This document shows, piece after piece, positions 25,937-38,310 of a stretch of DNA of 64,000 bases. The notes beneath the pieces are model-generated. The model saw only the letters and a list, made by a program, of their open reading frames with translations, did no database searches and was not told the DNA's origin. The translations under genes and the position numbers were made by a program. Source of the stretch: Phoronis australis (taxonomy: Eukaryota > Animalia > Phoronida); contig NMRA01000158.1 of the NCBI GenBank assembly GCA_002633005.1, positions 622,433-686,432 on the forward strand. Direction: 5' to 3'. Position 1 is the stretch's first letter. Each line of letters starts with the position of its first letter.

Positions 25937-26903
25937 CATAGGCGGATTTAGGGGGGCCCAGGGGGCCCGGGCCCCCCTTGTCTGCCGCAAAAAAAATAAA
26001 ACAGCAAGAGTGTAGGGAAATGTTGAGTTTATTAATTAACCCCGGTNAATTAAAATTACACGGCTGAAACAAGATTTAAATGAGTGCAGTTTTAGTGTTT
26101 GGGAGGTGGGTTCAGATCCAATTTCAAGTGTCAAATTCGGAACACGGCGCAATCGTAACTGAATTATGGCTAAGTATAGGCTCTCCTGCGATATCTCAGG
26201 CGACCAGCAGTGGCGCTGAGCACTACGGCTCCATTTCCGTTGTCTGCTCCACTGTGCAATAAAGAAAATTACTTCAATTTTTAAAGAAAATGGAATCTTT
26301 GCGATGATGAAAAAACAGAAGGTGCTGGTAAGATGTCAATTTTAATCGAAGCCTTAATGAATCACTCAGAAACTCATAATTCTCTCTTTGTCAAACCTTA
26401 ACTTGAGACGATTTCCAAAGCAATCGCGTCGTTATTGCCAACACAAAAAATGGATTTGGGCTTTTGGGCAACTGAAGACTATTTTAAATACAACAAATTT
26501 GTTACGAACTGATTGCACAAAATATAAAACATGTAATAAGCATTCAAAAAGAAGGTTTCGCGCGCAAACGCTGTGAACCATAAACAAGTACGTCTCTTAG
26601 TATCAAATTAGGAGTTAAATCATGGTGGTGCAGTGGTAAAGCACGCGCGCTGTATCCGCCAGGTCATGAGCTCGAGTCTGTGGTGCTTGCAGTTTTTCCT
26701 GTTTGACACTTTCTCCGTTTTTTTTGCCTTTTTTTTTCTTGGACAATATTTCGGGAATCAAGGAAAATGATTTTTAGAGGAAAAAACAGAAAAATTTCCT
26801 GCCCTCCTCCATTCGGTGCTATGCGCATCTACAATCGTGCTTTGAACAAATGTTTACAGACAAAATGTTGGTACCCCCTTGTGATATCCTAGATCCGCCA
26901 CTG
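25937..26903. mobile_element. MITE with GC-rich TIRs and exact 5-bp TSD CCGAT
   Basis: CATAGGCGGATTTAGG ... CCTAGATCCGCCACTG; CCGAT at 25932-25936 and 26904-26908. Confidence 0.85.
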
Positions 26904-28425
26904 CCGATATTGTCTATTTTTAATTTCATAATTACTGAAGCAAACTGGAGAATTTTTATCATAGGTATAGTGGACACAGACCGTTATTTTTTGAGAATCA
27001 GTTGAACATGCCTGACCAGTTACCAATCATTTTGAATCGCCATCTAGTGTTTTGGAATAGCATGAAAATAGAACATGAACTGAACAGTGCTTCCTACAGT
27101 TTATTGATGCACACTGCTGGTGAAGCAAGCCATAACAAACACTGTGTTGGTACACTGAGTCACCATGACAACAAGACACCATTGAATGCATTAACATTCC
27201 AAACAACTCTGTGTTATATGCAGTTACCATAGCTACAACACAACTTGTATACAAGACGCACATGTGGTTTTGAGTTTGTCATTTTTGACATAAAATTATT
27301 TTTCAAATATTTTAATCTTTTGCTAGAAGGTCCTAATAACGCCACACAAGGAAAGGCATGAACATCCACTAAAATGAAATCACTCAAGGAAATCCATGTA
27401 TCTCTCTAATCTATTTGTGTCAGATTACGATCACAAAACCCTAATTGTTGTTGACCAGATGAGAATCATGGGATTTACTTGGCCAGTTGGGCAGTTGTCC
27501 CAATGGCATGACACTAAGCATGAGAGCCTGTGTTTCTCATCCATTTACTCAGTCAGTTATTGCAAGATGGTGCTGTAAAAATGTTATGCATACGAACGTT
27601 TTTAAACATGAAGAATTGTGAAATGGTGTGTGTATAGTGCTAGATTGGCGAGCACGTTTTTAAAGCCGTTAAAAACCATGATTTGATGTTAAAAACAAAT
27701 TTCTTCACCGGCATATTTTGCAATTCCAAAGCAACGTCACCAAGACTTTCTTATTCAGCACTTTAAAAATGGAAATACATCACATAACAAAATGCCTGAA
27801 ATTCCCTTGCTGGCCATACTCTTCCAGTGGCGGAAACTATGCCGCCATGACAAGCAAACTTCATGAGCCTGGTCTGGTGCAATAAGGTACGGTCAGCTGT
27901 TCTCAAACCTAGGAATCATTTTTAATCTATGTAAGGAAGAGAAATACGAAGCTGCTGATTGCATGACGTTAAGTGGTCGCAGTTAAAAGTTATTTCTGAA
28001 AGATGGCTGCTTTGCATGTCAGTGTATTAGTGACAGTCAACTGTTTGTCCCTAACAGGTTGACCATCTATCAAGCACTAATGAATAGGTACATTGTGCAA
28101 TGACCATGGGTACCCTGAACAAGTGAAGTACTAGGGCACTGACACAAGTTGCTGGACAATGGTCAGTAATATGTAGCCAACACCAGATTTTCAGCCAATC
28201 AACAGTAATAGCCCACTTGCTAGTACCCTGGGGATGATAAATGCTGTCTAGTACATACTATAACTGGAGACTGAAAGACATCTGGGTATGGTGGTTGGAT
28301 AAATGTTATTAATACCCCTGATGACAACTACCACATCATGTTGCCTTTGTTAAACAATGCTTCCCACGTGATGCAATAATCACAAGTTATCCAGGAGTTT
28401 ATTTTTTGCTTTATACAATCTATCT

Positions 28426-28613
28426 CTATAGCAACAACGACATCGCGTGAGCATGCATCAAGACAGATCTGCATGGTTTACACGTAGTTGCCAACTCTCA
28501 TTTTTTGGTAGCGGGACCATCACGCTTTCTAAAGCTACACCCCGCATCGATAGGTCCTGCTTTTTTGACATACGCGACGACATTTACGGCATGACCACGT
28601 CGTCGTGTTATAG
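28426..28613. mobile_element. Small MITE-like element with imperfect CTATA-ended TIRs
   Basis: CTATAGCAACAACGACAT vs ACGTCGTCGTGTTATAG; CpG-rich island inside a CpG-poor intron. Confidence 0.45.
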
Positions 28614-29610
28614 TTAAATTTCAATTTGTATTTCCTTCCGCATAGCCTAAATGCAATCCTGAGCTCAAGCAAAATAACTTACTGCTAGACACTTCCAAGA
28701 GTGTAGTGAAAATAAATGCCAACAAGCATCAACTCACCCCGTAACACTCAGTGTCAGGAGGTACTATGCAAAGGCAGCATTTGTCACTAGCATGTGTTTT
28801 TACTGTTATTTTTAACTTTTCTTGAAACATGAAGCTAGGGCGGGGTGAGCAGGCTAATATTATTCAACATACGCACACCAAAAGATGATGATCGATGCCA
28901 TTTCTAAATTGCGATCACTTCAAACATTTAATTATTTTTAGGAGGCCGTAATCTGGAGTGGATAACACTATCAAAGTCACCCAGCAGATAATGTTTTAAC
29001 TTTTATGAAACCCAGCCCAGAAGCTGAACCCAATTTTCTCATTCACCAGTATCACACAAAACAAGGTGAGTAAACACACACACTGCAGTAAAAACATTAG
29101 TGTCTGTCCTGTAAATGACCGGTTAACCCAGACCATGTTGGAATGAACCCAGTGTTACAACATAAGTCACATGACTGTGAATGTGATTCTGAAGGTAAAC
29201 AAACAAAACAAAACAAAATATGACCAGCCTTTTGCAATCCAGGACTTAGTTTTTAGCCAATCTATCATTTTGCTTATTACTATTTACCTTCATTTATCGT
29301 TGTTACATTTCTTCATTTACCTTAATACAGCATACAAATTACGTATATTTATCACCCAAGATGTCTCAAGATGAGTTGGTAGGTAGGTGCCACCAACTGA
29401 TAAGCATGTCAGGTATTGTCTCGGGTGAGTAATTTGGCTTTGTGGTATTGTCTCGTGTGAGTATCCAGGATACATCCAGGTATCACCTGTCTCAGGTAAG
29501 TAAATGAAAATCAGTGGTGATCAAGACGGTGTTGGTATTGTCTTGGGTAGAGGTTTTTAACTGTCTTGGAGCCTACGTAGGCCACATTCAAAAGTGCCAT
29601 CCACACGCAG

Positions 29611-29802
29611 ACTACGTTCCCTAGAGAAAGTTGCTCCTGGGACAACTTGTCACTTGGTTTGGGGGTTGTCTAGACACTGCTTAAACTGGTGCAATTTGCT
29701 TGTGATGATTTACTCCACCTTATGGAGGTAGAGGTAGAGTAACATGTTCTAGGGTAGCTTGCACTTCTATTCACAGTGTGGCCGCAAACCTGGGGCAAGG
29801 CG
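29611..29802. repeat. Dispersed repeat with a copy at ~56489-56643
   Basis: Shared CTACGTTC..CCCTAGA..AAGTT, CCACCTTAT.GAGGTA, GTTCTAGGGTA, GTGG..GCAAACCTG...CAAGGC. Confidence 0.6.
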
Positions 29803-30851
29803 AAAATAATCATCAGCTGCAGTTGCATACAGACGGTTCTTCTTTTTAGCGCTCGGTATTCGCATCAGCTGTTTATTGTCATGCATAGAGTGACAACCTC
29901 CGACTTGCGATAGTTATCGGATGTGAGTGCCGACGCTACACGCTACACTCAGAGTAGGGCGGGTCTTAGTCACTTTTCTTAATTCTGACCCCTAGTCATA
30001 ACTAACTGGCTTATATCAAACGTGTGATTCATTGCTAAAATTACAAATTACACAATTATCCTTAGATTAAATAACATTTTAAGCAAAGGGATTAGACCTT
30101 GGTTGTGATATATGGCGTAACGCCTTTTCATACAAAATTAACTCCAGTACTAGAGGAGCATTGATGTAAATCGCAACTTGCGAGTTAGCTGAGCTTTCCA
30201 GGACACTGGAATTAGACATGTGTGCGTGTGCATGTGCTACGGTATCAAACTTATTGCAAGAATATGACTTGCTCATGTTGGAAACAACTTGTTTCACCAA
30301 TTTTAACATGAAAAATCTCCAGATGTATATTTACATAAACAACTGGTTACGAAATACTGGGTTCAGTTTTTTACGAGGGCATATAGGACGTCCGGCAGTA
30401 CGTTAAACATTCGCTACAGTTGCTGCAGTGACATGACAACATTGTGCAAAATGTTACCAGTATTCTGGTCAACCTTCCAGGATTCACCATGGGTGAACAG
30501 AGCCTAAACCAAAAAGAACATAAAGGAAAGTGGCGTTCTCATGGTAAGAAGACAGCTCTGCCTGCTGATTTGGGAGCAGACCGCTAGAAAGCAGATCAGA
30601 CACCTGACGAGATTTCATTTAATTTTTTCAAAATCCCGGATCGCATGGCACATCTGCCCTCTGATTGCACAACTTACGAATGTTGTAAAAATACCACCAG
30701 ACATGGTCTTCATCTCCTAACTCTCCGTTATTTCACCTGACTATCCTGTAACTGTTATATATTACACATCCCTCGGTTTTTTTTTAAATGAACCATTAAT
30801 ATCTATGCAGCGCCAATACCAGACTGAACAAATACATTTACAAGTACAGTT

Positions 30852-30876
30852 ATGAATGAATGAATGAATGAATGAA
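30852..30876. repeat. (ATGA)6 microsatellite
   Basis: Read directly from the sequence. Confidence 0.9.
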
Positions 30877-32039
30877 ACAAGCCCAACATAAATTATCATA
30901 AATAATGAACCAGTCTGAAGTCAGTGAATTGATTGAGACAGAGAGGATGACTCACACCACAACATGCATATCACAGCCAGTTAATAAACATGACATGACT
31001 TGACTCAGTGAAAGGTTTTTCATGATCAAGTGACCTCATCAAAAGAGCTGCCATAAGAACTATGGTCTTTATCAGAGAGATGCTAAAAATAAACTCAACT
31101 ACGTTGATCGACCACACAAAGTGCTATTAATACAAAAGTGCAAAATCAAAATTACAGAATTTATGTTCTTTATGTTAACTTACAGAACTCTTATAACCGT
31201 CTTCCAACAAACGAGTTGCGTAACAAACAAGTTCAGTAACTTCCATTTAGGTCTAAGGAATTTGGGTTGGCAACTGCAAATTCAATCTCTCTGCAAACAA
31301 CCTCATTTAATTCACTACGCACTGGCACAAGGACATTCTGTGGATGAATGGCCAACGCCATTAACTGTTCACTTGTAAACATCAATAGCACAACTGGTAC
31401 AGAATCCTAAAATACAGTTCAGGTGAGGAGTACATATAGGAAATCAAATAGGATTTGAGATCTGCAGGGAGATTAGCTGGTTAAAGGGAAAAACAACTGC
31501 TTCCCATGTTATCTATGGTAAACATACACATCTGTGGTCATCTTGGACAGACAGTTTTTTGTGTTAATTGCTTTTCTCTCGGCATGTGCTGTAATTACTA
31601 TCTGGCGAACCGAGCAAAAGGCCTCCATCTTGGTTCTACATATAGTTCCATTGAGCAAACACGAATGAGCGACACAGACAAAATGGCAACAGTAAATAAC
31701 ACTGTAAAATGTATCTCCAAAATTATCAGGGACCTGCAAAAGCAACATCCAAAGTGGTTGCNCTTTAAAACAACTATACGCAAAAGGGTCCTAGATGTCA
31801 TCTAATGAAAACTAAGCATAACATTAATGTGCAAAATGCTGATATTCTGGCCAATCGTGTGCCATCGCCATGGGCGAAGAGAACTCAGATCTGCCTTCTA
31901 ATTTGTGAGCAGACACCAAGGCATGTCACTTGTCTGCTAGCACAACAATACTCTGATTTGCTAGCTGAATGCATGATTGAAAAGCAAGACATGAACTTAA
32001 AGATGTCACAATCAACCATTTAAAGTCTTTCTTGCAGCT

Positions 32040-32102
32040 GATCCACAAAACATTCTTGCAAGATCCACAAAACATTCTTGCAAGATCCACAAAACATTCT
32101 TG
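32040..32102. repeat. Minisatellite, ~3 copies of GATCCACAAAACATTCTTGCAA (22 bp)
   Basis: Read directly from the sequence. Confidence 0.95.
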
Positions 32103-32435
32103 TATTTCAACTGAGAACAGTTGTGAGTCCTAAAATAACAACAGACTGTCAATTACCTACAAAACATTGAGTCTTTGCTTTAGGACTGAAGTAGATGTCT
32201 TTCACAAGGAAACTGGTTCATCATTCAGACATTCACAGGGATAACTTGACACCGAACAAATTGTTCTAACCCAGGGCCTAGATTTCACTATCTTGAAAAC
32301 AAGAAAAGTTAATACTCCCATGTCACCAAATTCCTAGGTACCACAAACTGCCCTACAAACTTGATCATCTTTTTCTAGGGCATGTGTGATTGTTCATAAG
32401 GAGAGACAAAGTCAAAGCGAAATAAATCATTCCAG

Positions 32436-32670
32436 GGGTCAGTTTCATGAAATGTTACGAATTTGGTCTTACGCTCCAGACCACTATTTCTGAAACGTAA
32501 TTAAAACTTTAATTAGCACTGAATAGCACATATTATCTGAGAATACACCCAGGACTACTATTTATTGAGAAAATTTGTACAAATTACTTCCAGGAAGACT
32601 AAACCTTTACTTGGTAATTGTAAGACCAAATTTCTGTCCTACTTCTAAGTCACCTTCATGAAACGGACCC
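32436..32670. mobile_element. Harbinger-like MITE (GGGTC.GTTTCATGAA TIRs, CWG flanks)
   Basis: cag-GGGTCAGTTTCATGAA ... TTCATGAAACGGACCC-ctg. The flanks are not identical, so the superfamily is tentative. Confidence 0.6.
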
Positions 32671-33739
32671 CTGTTGTTTGCATAACCCAAAGAGCAGACG
32701 AGTCCTTTGCAATTTCCTTGTGTGTGTACAGTCACTCAGTTATTGGTAACTTCCGTTTTTACATCATTCACGAAAAGGCTGTCCAAACAAAAACTACCGT
32801 TAATCTGAAACAATTTGGCCAAGATTAATTTGCTCCCTGTCAAAAAATGTCATAGCCCACCATTAGGAATTACTATGACAGCCTCCTAAACTTCTGTGAC
32901 AAGTCTGGAAGGCTAAAAATAATGAAAACACTTGACAGGTAAATTCTGTTTACAGCACACCCTTCAAGTTGACCTGGGCACTTTAACTGGAGATGAGAGT
33001 TGTTTTGAACCTCCCACCCATTCATGAACACTGACTGGACAAACAAATGTGGTGATAAGCATTTGCTCATCACTGGGCTTGTTGACTGACACATCTGTTA
33101 CAACTGCACCAGCATAGACACCATCCATCACATGGTACCAGCAGGTTTTGTCAGGATCAGACTAGGTTATTTTTAGGTTCAGCATTTATTTATCAGATAA
33201 GACACTGGCCAGTCCACACTGTGCATTTTTCTCCATAGCTCACTGGACTAAAATACACCAGAGATGATGTCCAGATGGGGATGTTAGGGTTTTCATAAGA
33301 AATTATGTGTACTGAATTTCTGAAATTATCGCTACCACGAGTAGTGCAGAAGCTGACAGTGTACTTTTCAAGCAAGAGACACCAAAAAATGGTGCTCCTA
33401 ATGCGTTTACAGTAAGGAGAGAAATATCGTTAAACCATTTAACTCCACGATATCTATGCTAACAAACTAACTGCAGTCAATAACACTGTCATAGGGTTGG
33501 CAGCACACAACAGCGTACCTGCACACATTGAAAGATCCCTCAGTTTTGAGCAAATTTTAGTCAAACTCTGGACACAACTGACCAACACTAGTAGACTCAC
33601 TAGCCATGGTTAGGCCAGGCAAAGCAAACACACAGTGGTCATACTGTACGAATACAACAGCAAGAAATCTTCTTGTCTAGACATAGAGGCCACAGCTGTT
33701 CTCAGTAGATATTTAGCTTAGAAGACAAGGATCACCTAC

Positions 33740-33947
33740 CTGGGTCGTTAGCCTCTATCTCCTGCTGGTGAATGTCGGCGCAGTCCGACACGCTCTGACC
33801 GAGGACCTGCTGTAAGAATCTCGCCTGAGTTCCTGACACCTTCTTCAACAACGCATAGAGTGCAACCGTCTGCTCGCACTGGTTCCAACCACTGAACCAT
33901 GAGGTCACCATGTTCACCTGGTCGCGGAACATGTACGTCGACTTCAT
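33740..33947 (-). CDS. SAMD4: Smaug homolog coding exon 1 (N-terminal Smaug similarity region)
   Basis: [46 protein letters not shown]...EANDP resembles the SAMD4 N-terminus (MFRDQV...[21 protein letters not shown]). Donor G|gtaggt at 33739. Upstream acceptor tttcag at 34000-34001. The start could be the second ATG at 33932. Confidence 0.95.
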
Positions 33948-35273
33948 GACAAACTCGACTACTTAAGAAATGGCAGACATCTACATGGTTCAACTCCAAC
34001 TGAAAGCAAAACATGAGAAACTCAGTGGGGTTGCCCTCAAAGTAGGTCATCAAACTCCAACTAGTTCAAAACAACCTCTGGTATGTTTGTTCATGACATC
34101 TGACCCAGACACAATTCCTGGATTCATTCAACCAACTATTCATAAAAATTATTATACCATCGTTTATCAGCTTCCTCTTTCCACTTAACTCTCTAACTCA
34201 TCAGTTGATTGTTGATGCATAGGCACACACTCTCTAACTTAGTTGTGTCATCGATCAAAATTATAAATATAAAAGATAAACATGTTTCCCATCCTTTTAC
34301 CCCGTTTAACTTAACTTATGTCTGTATCGTTTTTGTGACAGCACTCTGGTAAAAGATTGCTATAAAAGAACCGTACAATGCATGTGTTTATACCACCAAT
34401 TAGAACAGCTGATGAAGTAACCTGACTGGTTTTATCCAGTGAAAACCATCAACATGTAGGTGAATGCATATATCAGAAAGTTCTCCATTGATTTTGGGCA
34501 GTCTGGGAGTGAAGGCATAGACAGTCTGATCCAGAGACTCACAGTCACTACTGAGAGTTTATGAATGGCCATCAGGGTGTTTGACCACCATGTAGTAATT
34601 CAAATCTACTGGCCAGCCTGCATTAAGAGCAATAAAACGGCCACCAGAAAGTAATACACCAAATCCACCAGCCACCAGCCAGTCTTTCCAGAGGACTTAG
34701 AAGAAACGATGCCTCTTTATCAGAGAGAACAGAACGAGGTTCCACAATTTACCTTTGCATCGCAAGCACGAACATGAAATTTGAGCAAAAACAAACAACA
34801 AGCTAAGAAATACTTGAGAAATGAAGTCAGTGAGTAGAATGAAAACAATTTGTGGGTCACACGTATTTAGTCCTTTTTCCGTGGCCCGGGCAATACAACA
34901 ATAACCAATCTTTGTTCACAGAGGTTTAATGTCGATTTGGGTGAAAGACCAAATGGTTTTATAAACTGCCCAATGACTGCAGAACAAACCAGACAGGGGA
35001 AATGCATACAGACCTAAGGCAATGTTGGCTATAATGTTTCAGAGAATAAATGTCTGCAACAAGTTTGGTAATGGTATGGATGAAGAGTGACAAAGCATTA
35101 AAGATGTTTCTATTTTAGGAGCTTGTAAACAAACCTAGAGAGACGGAGAGAGAGTTGAGCGGAGAGAGACTTGAGCGTACCTTTGAGATACTGCCTAAAA
35201 TTGATCAACTAAATAAGAACCACGCTACAACTGTTCAGGATCATATCAGAAAAACATGGGTATGGGAGAATTG

Positions 35274-35412
35274 ACCCACTTGGCCTCAAGTCTATGGGCC
35301 AATGTAGAGGACCTATGGGCCATGTTAGTTTTTTTGTTCTTTTTCACTTCCAATTTTAATGGGCCCAATGGCCCGAGCAAAGCAATCACAGAGTGCGTCA
35401 ATGAGATTATTT
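35274..35412. repeat. Dispersed repeat with an inverted copy at ~37548-37677
   Basis: CCCAC.TGGC..AAG.C.ATGGGC.AAT...AAGCAATCACAG...TCAATGA.ATTA matches the reverse complement of 37548-37677. Confidence 0.65.
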
Positions 35413-37386
35413 TTGCACCAATGACGCAGAGCAAGCTCCTAAAATCATGCCTGTAAATTTACGCCAGTAAGAGATTGAAGTAAACCAAACCTGTCAAAGT
35501 CACAATAGACTTAGCCTTCCAATGTCTGGCCAACTCAGGTAATCACTCATAACTGATAACCAATGTACTCCTCAGGGAGACTTCTGAAAGCTAATATAAA
35601 TGGACATCCATACAAACCTTAGCAAGGTAACAGCTAAATTGACTTTCATGCTTGGCCGCTTGCATATAGATGTGTGGGTCCCAGAATTGAGGCCGACTAC
35701 AACTGGTCTCTGATTTACAAGGCTACTTCCTCCAGTATATCTAGTGTCAACAAGTGCATTCAAAAGGGCCTTGAAGTGGTTACTCATTTTTTAATGGCAA
35801 GTTCCTATTTGTAATTTAGGTTAATGTAAGGACTTCAGATCTCCATACAAAGCCATATGAATGTACAGACAACTTTGTATCAAACAACTTTGTATTAATC
35901 TGGGTAAATTCTGAGGGAAAACAAATGTGATACAAAGTTAATTCCATTAAAAATTACACTCTTCCTTGAGAAAATTAATTTGGTTACCCAATGCTAAAAA
36001 TAGGACCTATTATTCCATAATTCTGTTGTTAAATTTCTGGAGCGATCATATGCATTAGTTTTGAGCATCCCATAATATCCAATACCTTTTTTCGCTATTC
36101 TTCAATAAACTGTTCTCTGTTCACAAATTTCTGTTCAATAGGGCAGTCCCGGATTACACTTGGATAGAACTCTCCTTTGTCCAGGAGGCAAGAAAGGGTA
36201 TTGTTAACATCAGCCATGTTTTGGAATGACAGGCTCATTTTAACAGGTCATGCGAGACCATGGATGTATGGCTGTGGAAAAAACAAACCATTTAAATGTA
36301 CCGGAATTGAAAAATAATCTTCAAGAAAAGGGATCCTGTGCAGTTCAAAATAAGCCAATGAACTTGCTTCTACTAGTTACGCATTATCCTTTCTTTAATG
36401 GATGTCGGAAAGGCAAAGAACCTAACATAACATAGCCACACATATTTGTCAAGTTTATCCAACTTTTTACCATCCGAGTTGCAGCCCATGTGGGACAGTG
36501 GTAATATTTCGTTGGCATTGGAAGAACGAATAGAGTAATGAAGCACAGACAAACAGAGAAGTGGAATGCCAATGGCACGAAAACAAGCGGTTACAAAAGT
36601 GCGTGACAGATATTGAGGCATTGTGGGCAAGTACAGCATGATTTAAGTGTCGCTGTGTAATCCGGAGCAGTCTAATGGAGACAAACTAACGGAATTGTTT
36701 CTACTGAACTGTTCTTTAAGCAATTAATTGCCAATAGTATCTTCCAATACATGATACAAGACACGTCATGAGCGAATTGTTGTGAAGTTGACAACAAACT
36801 TTTCATCGTTATAAAAGCAAAAAAGTGTCCTGTTAACAAGACATAATGGATAAGAGGTTACAAAGAAGATCAAAGCAGATCGTTGCTATGGACCTGCCTT
36901 ACACCTCGCATATAGCTGACTAGAGATAATCATTGTTTTAAAAAGATTCCCACTAGAGGGAACAATGCTAGTACTTAAAATAGTCTCTAGGTGGCACAGC
37001 ACTTGTGGCATTTATATGAAAACAAGAGGGTGCCATACACTTTTAAATTTCACCAACAGATCTCTCCAGAACTCTCTGTACATTCCAGTTTGACCTCAAG
37101 CTCATTGACTCTAACTGGAATTCAAGTCTTCAATATTGTTTACAAATGAAGGTATGTATTGGAAAAAACCTTGATTGCCAGAGTATTTTTTCTAGTAGTG
37201 TGAACAATTTAAAGACATCTATGGACTCCAAAGGTGAAGAAACATTTCGGTGTACGTGATATATAAAAGACACAGGTTTATTCAATTATTAACCCTTTAG
37301 ATTTTTAGACACCGTGTCATCATGCTGGGATTAGTAAACAATTGCCCAAAACAGTAATCGGATATAATTTTAAGGATCAAAGGGCT

Positions 37387-37503
37387 GTAAACGGGTCCCT
37401 CTTCAAAATGGCTGCCGAGAACCAGTTTTCACTGAATAACGGCAATGTCCATTATTCAATGAAACTGGTTCCCAGACGCCATTTTGAAGAGGGACCCGTT
37501 TAC
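37387..37503. repeat. Near-perfect 117-bp fold-back element (palindromic MITE)
   Basis: GTAAACGGGTCCCTCTTCAAAATGGC pairs exactly (26 bp) with GCCATTTTGAAGAGGGACCCGTTTAC; pairing continues imperfectly to a short loop. Confidence 0.85.
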
Positions 37504-38214
37504 GCCACTTTTAAGAGCATGCATGCCCCGTGTTATTGGGGTACATGTAATTTCATTGATCCACTGTGATTGCTTAACTCCGGCCAACAGATGCTTTAAA
37601 ATTTGAAGCAAAAAGGACAAAAATACCATAGCCCATACTTTCTCCAAATTTGCCCATGGGCTTAAAGCCATGTGGGGACTCGTCTCAAGTGACTCAAATC
37701 ACCTATAACCACACTGTTTCCTAAAATTATCCCTTCAAGTATTTCATAGATAATAACAACCACACTGATAAACTTGCATAGACTTTTCTGCTCCAGAAAG
37801 ACAGAAATGGCATGGCAATGACAAGGGCAGGTCAGCAAATTAGTCTCACTCTCACTCTCAGTCTCAGACAGGTGGAGAGCTTCTGAGTTCTATTCAACTT
37901 CAATCTAATTCGACGTATTCGGTCTTTTAAGTTCAGTACCGTATGGTGCGAGAGAAGGCTGAACTGACAAAAACCAAGCAAACGTCAAAACACGCGTACC
38001 TCACAGAAATATATATCAAACGTTCATTTTGACATTCAAACGGGGTAGTACTAGTAGTGAGACGACGAGACGTTCATCAGTGTTCAATCAACACTACCAC
38101 AGTCCACAGGCACAAACCATTGAGTTTCACTCACAACAGAAACTCATAATTTACCTTAACACCTTAAATACTTTGCAAACCAGTTGTTTATGTTGGTACT
38201 AACAGACAGTACTA

Positions 38215-38310
38215 ACCTGCTTTTAAGACAACAGTCATAAGTCAATTTCATTCAAATACCAACACCAGACAGTCACACATGTAGTTTCTTATAAATTAGC
38301 ATGACGTCAC
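38215..38310 (-). promoter_or_regulatory. Candidate promoter and non-coding first exon of the Smaug homolog
   Basis: Full CRE TGACGTCA at 38302-38309, then a TATA-like TTTATAAG on the minus strand, then donor-like sites (AG|gttagt 38216, AG|gtaaat 38154). The ATG exon has an upstream acceptor, so a 5' exon is expected. Confidence 0.4.

Larger units (their letters stand above)
9218..33947 (-). other. SAMD4: Gene model span: Smaug/SAMD4 homolog, 12 coding exons, 700 aa
   Basis: Exon lengths 208+621+267+110+87+193+89+107+223+79+90+29 = 2103 nt (701 codons including stop). All introns are GT-AG with compatible phases. The translation matches known SAMD4A/B motifs from MFRDQV at the N-terminus to [17 protein letters not shown] at the C-terminus. 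Confidence 0.95.
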
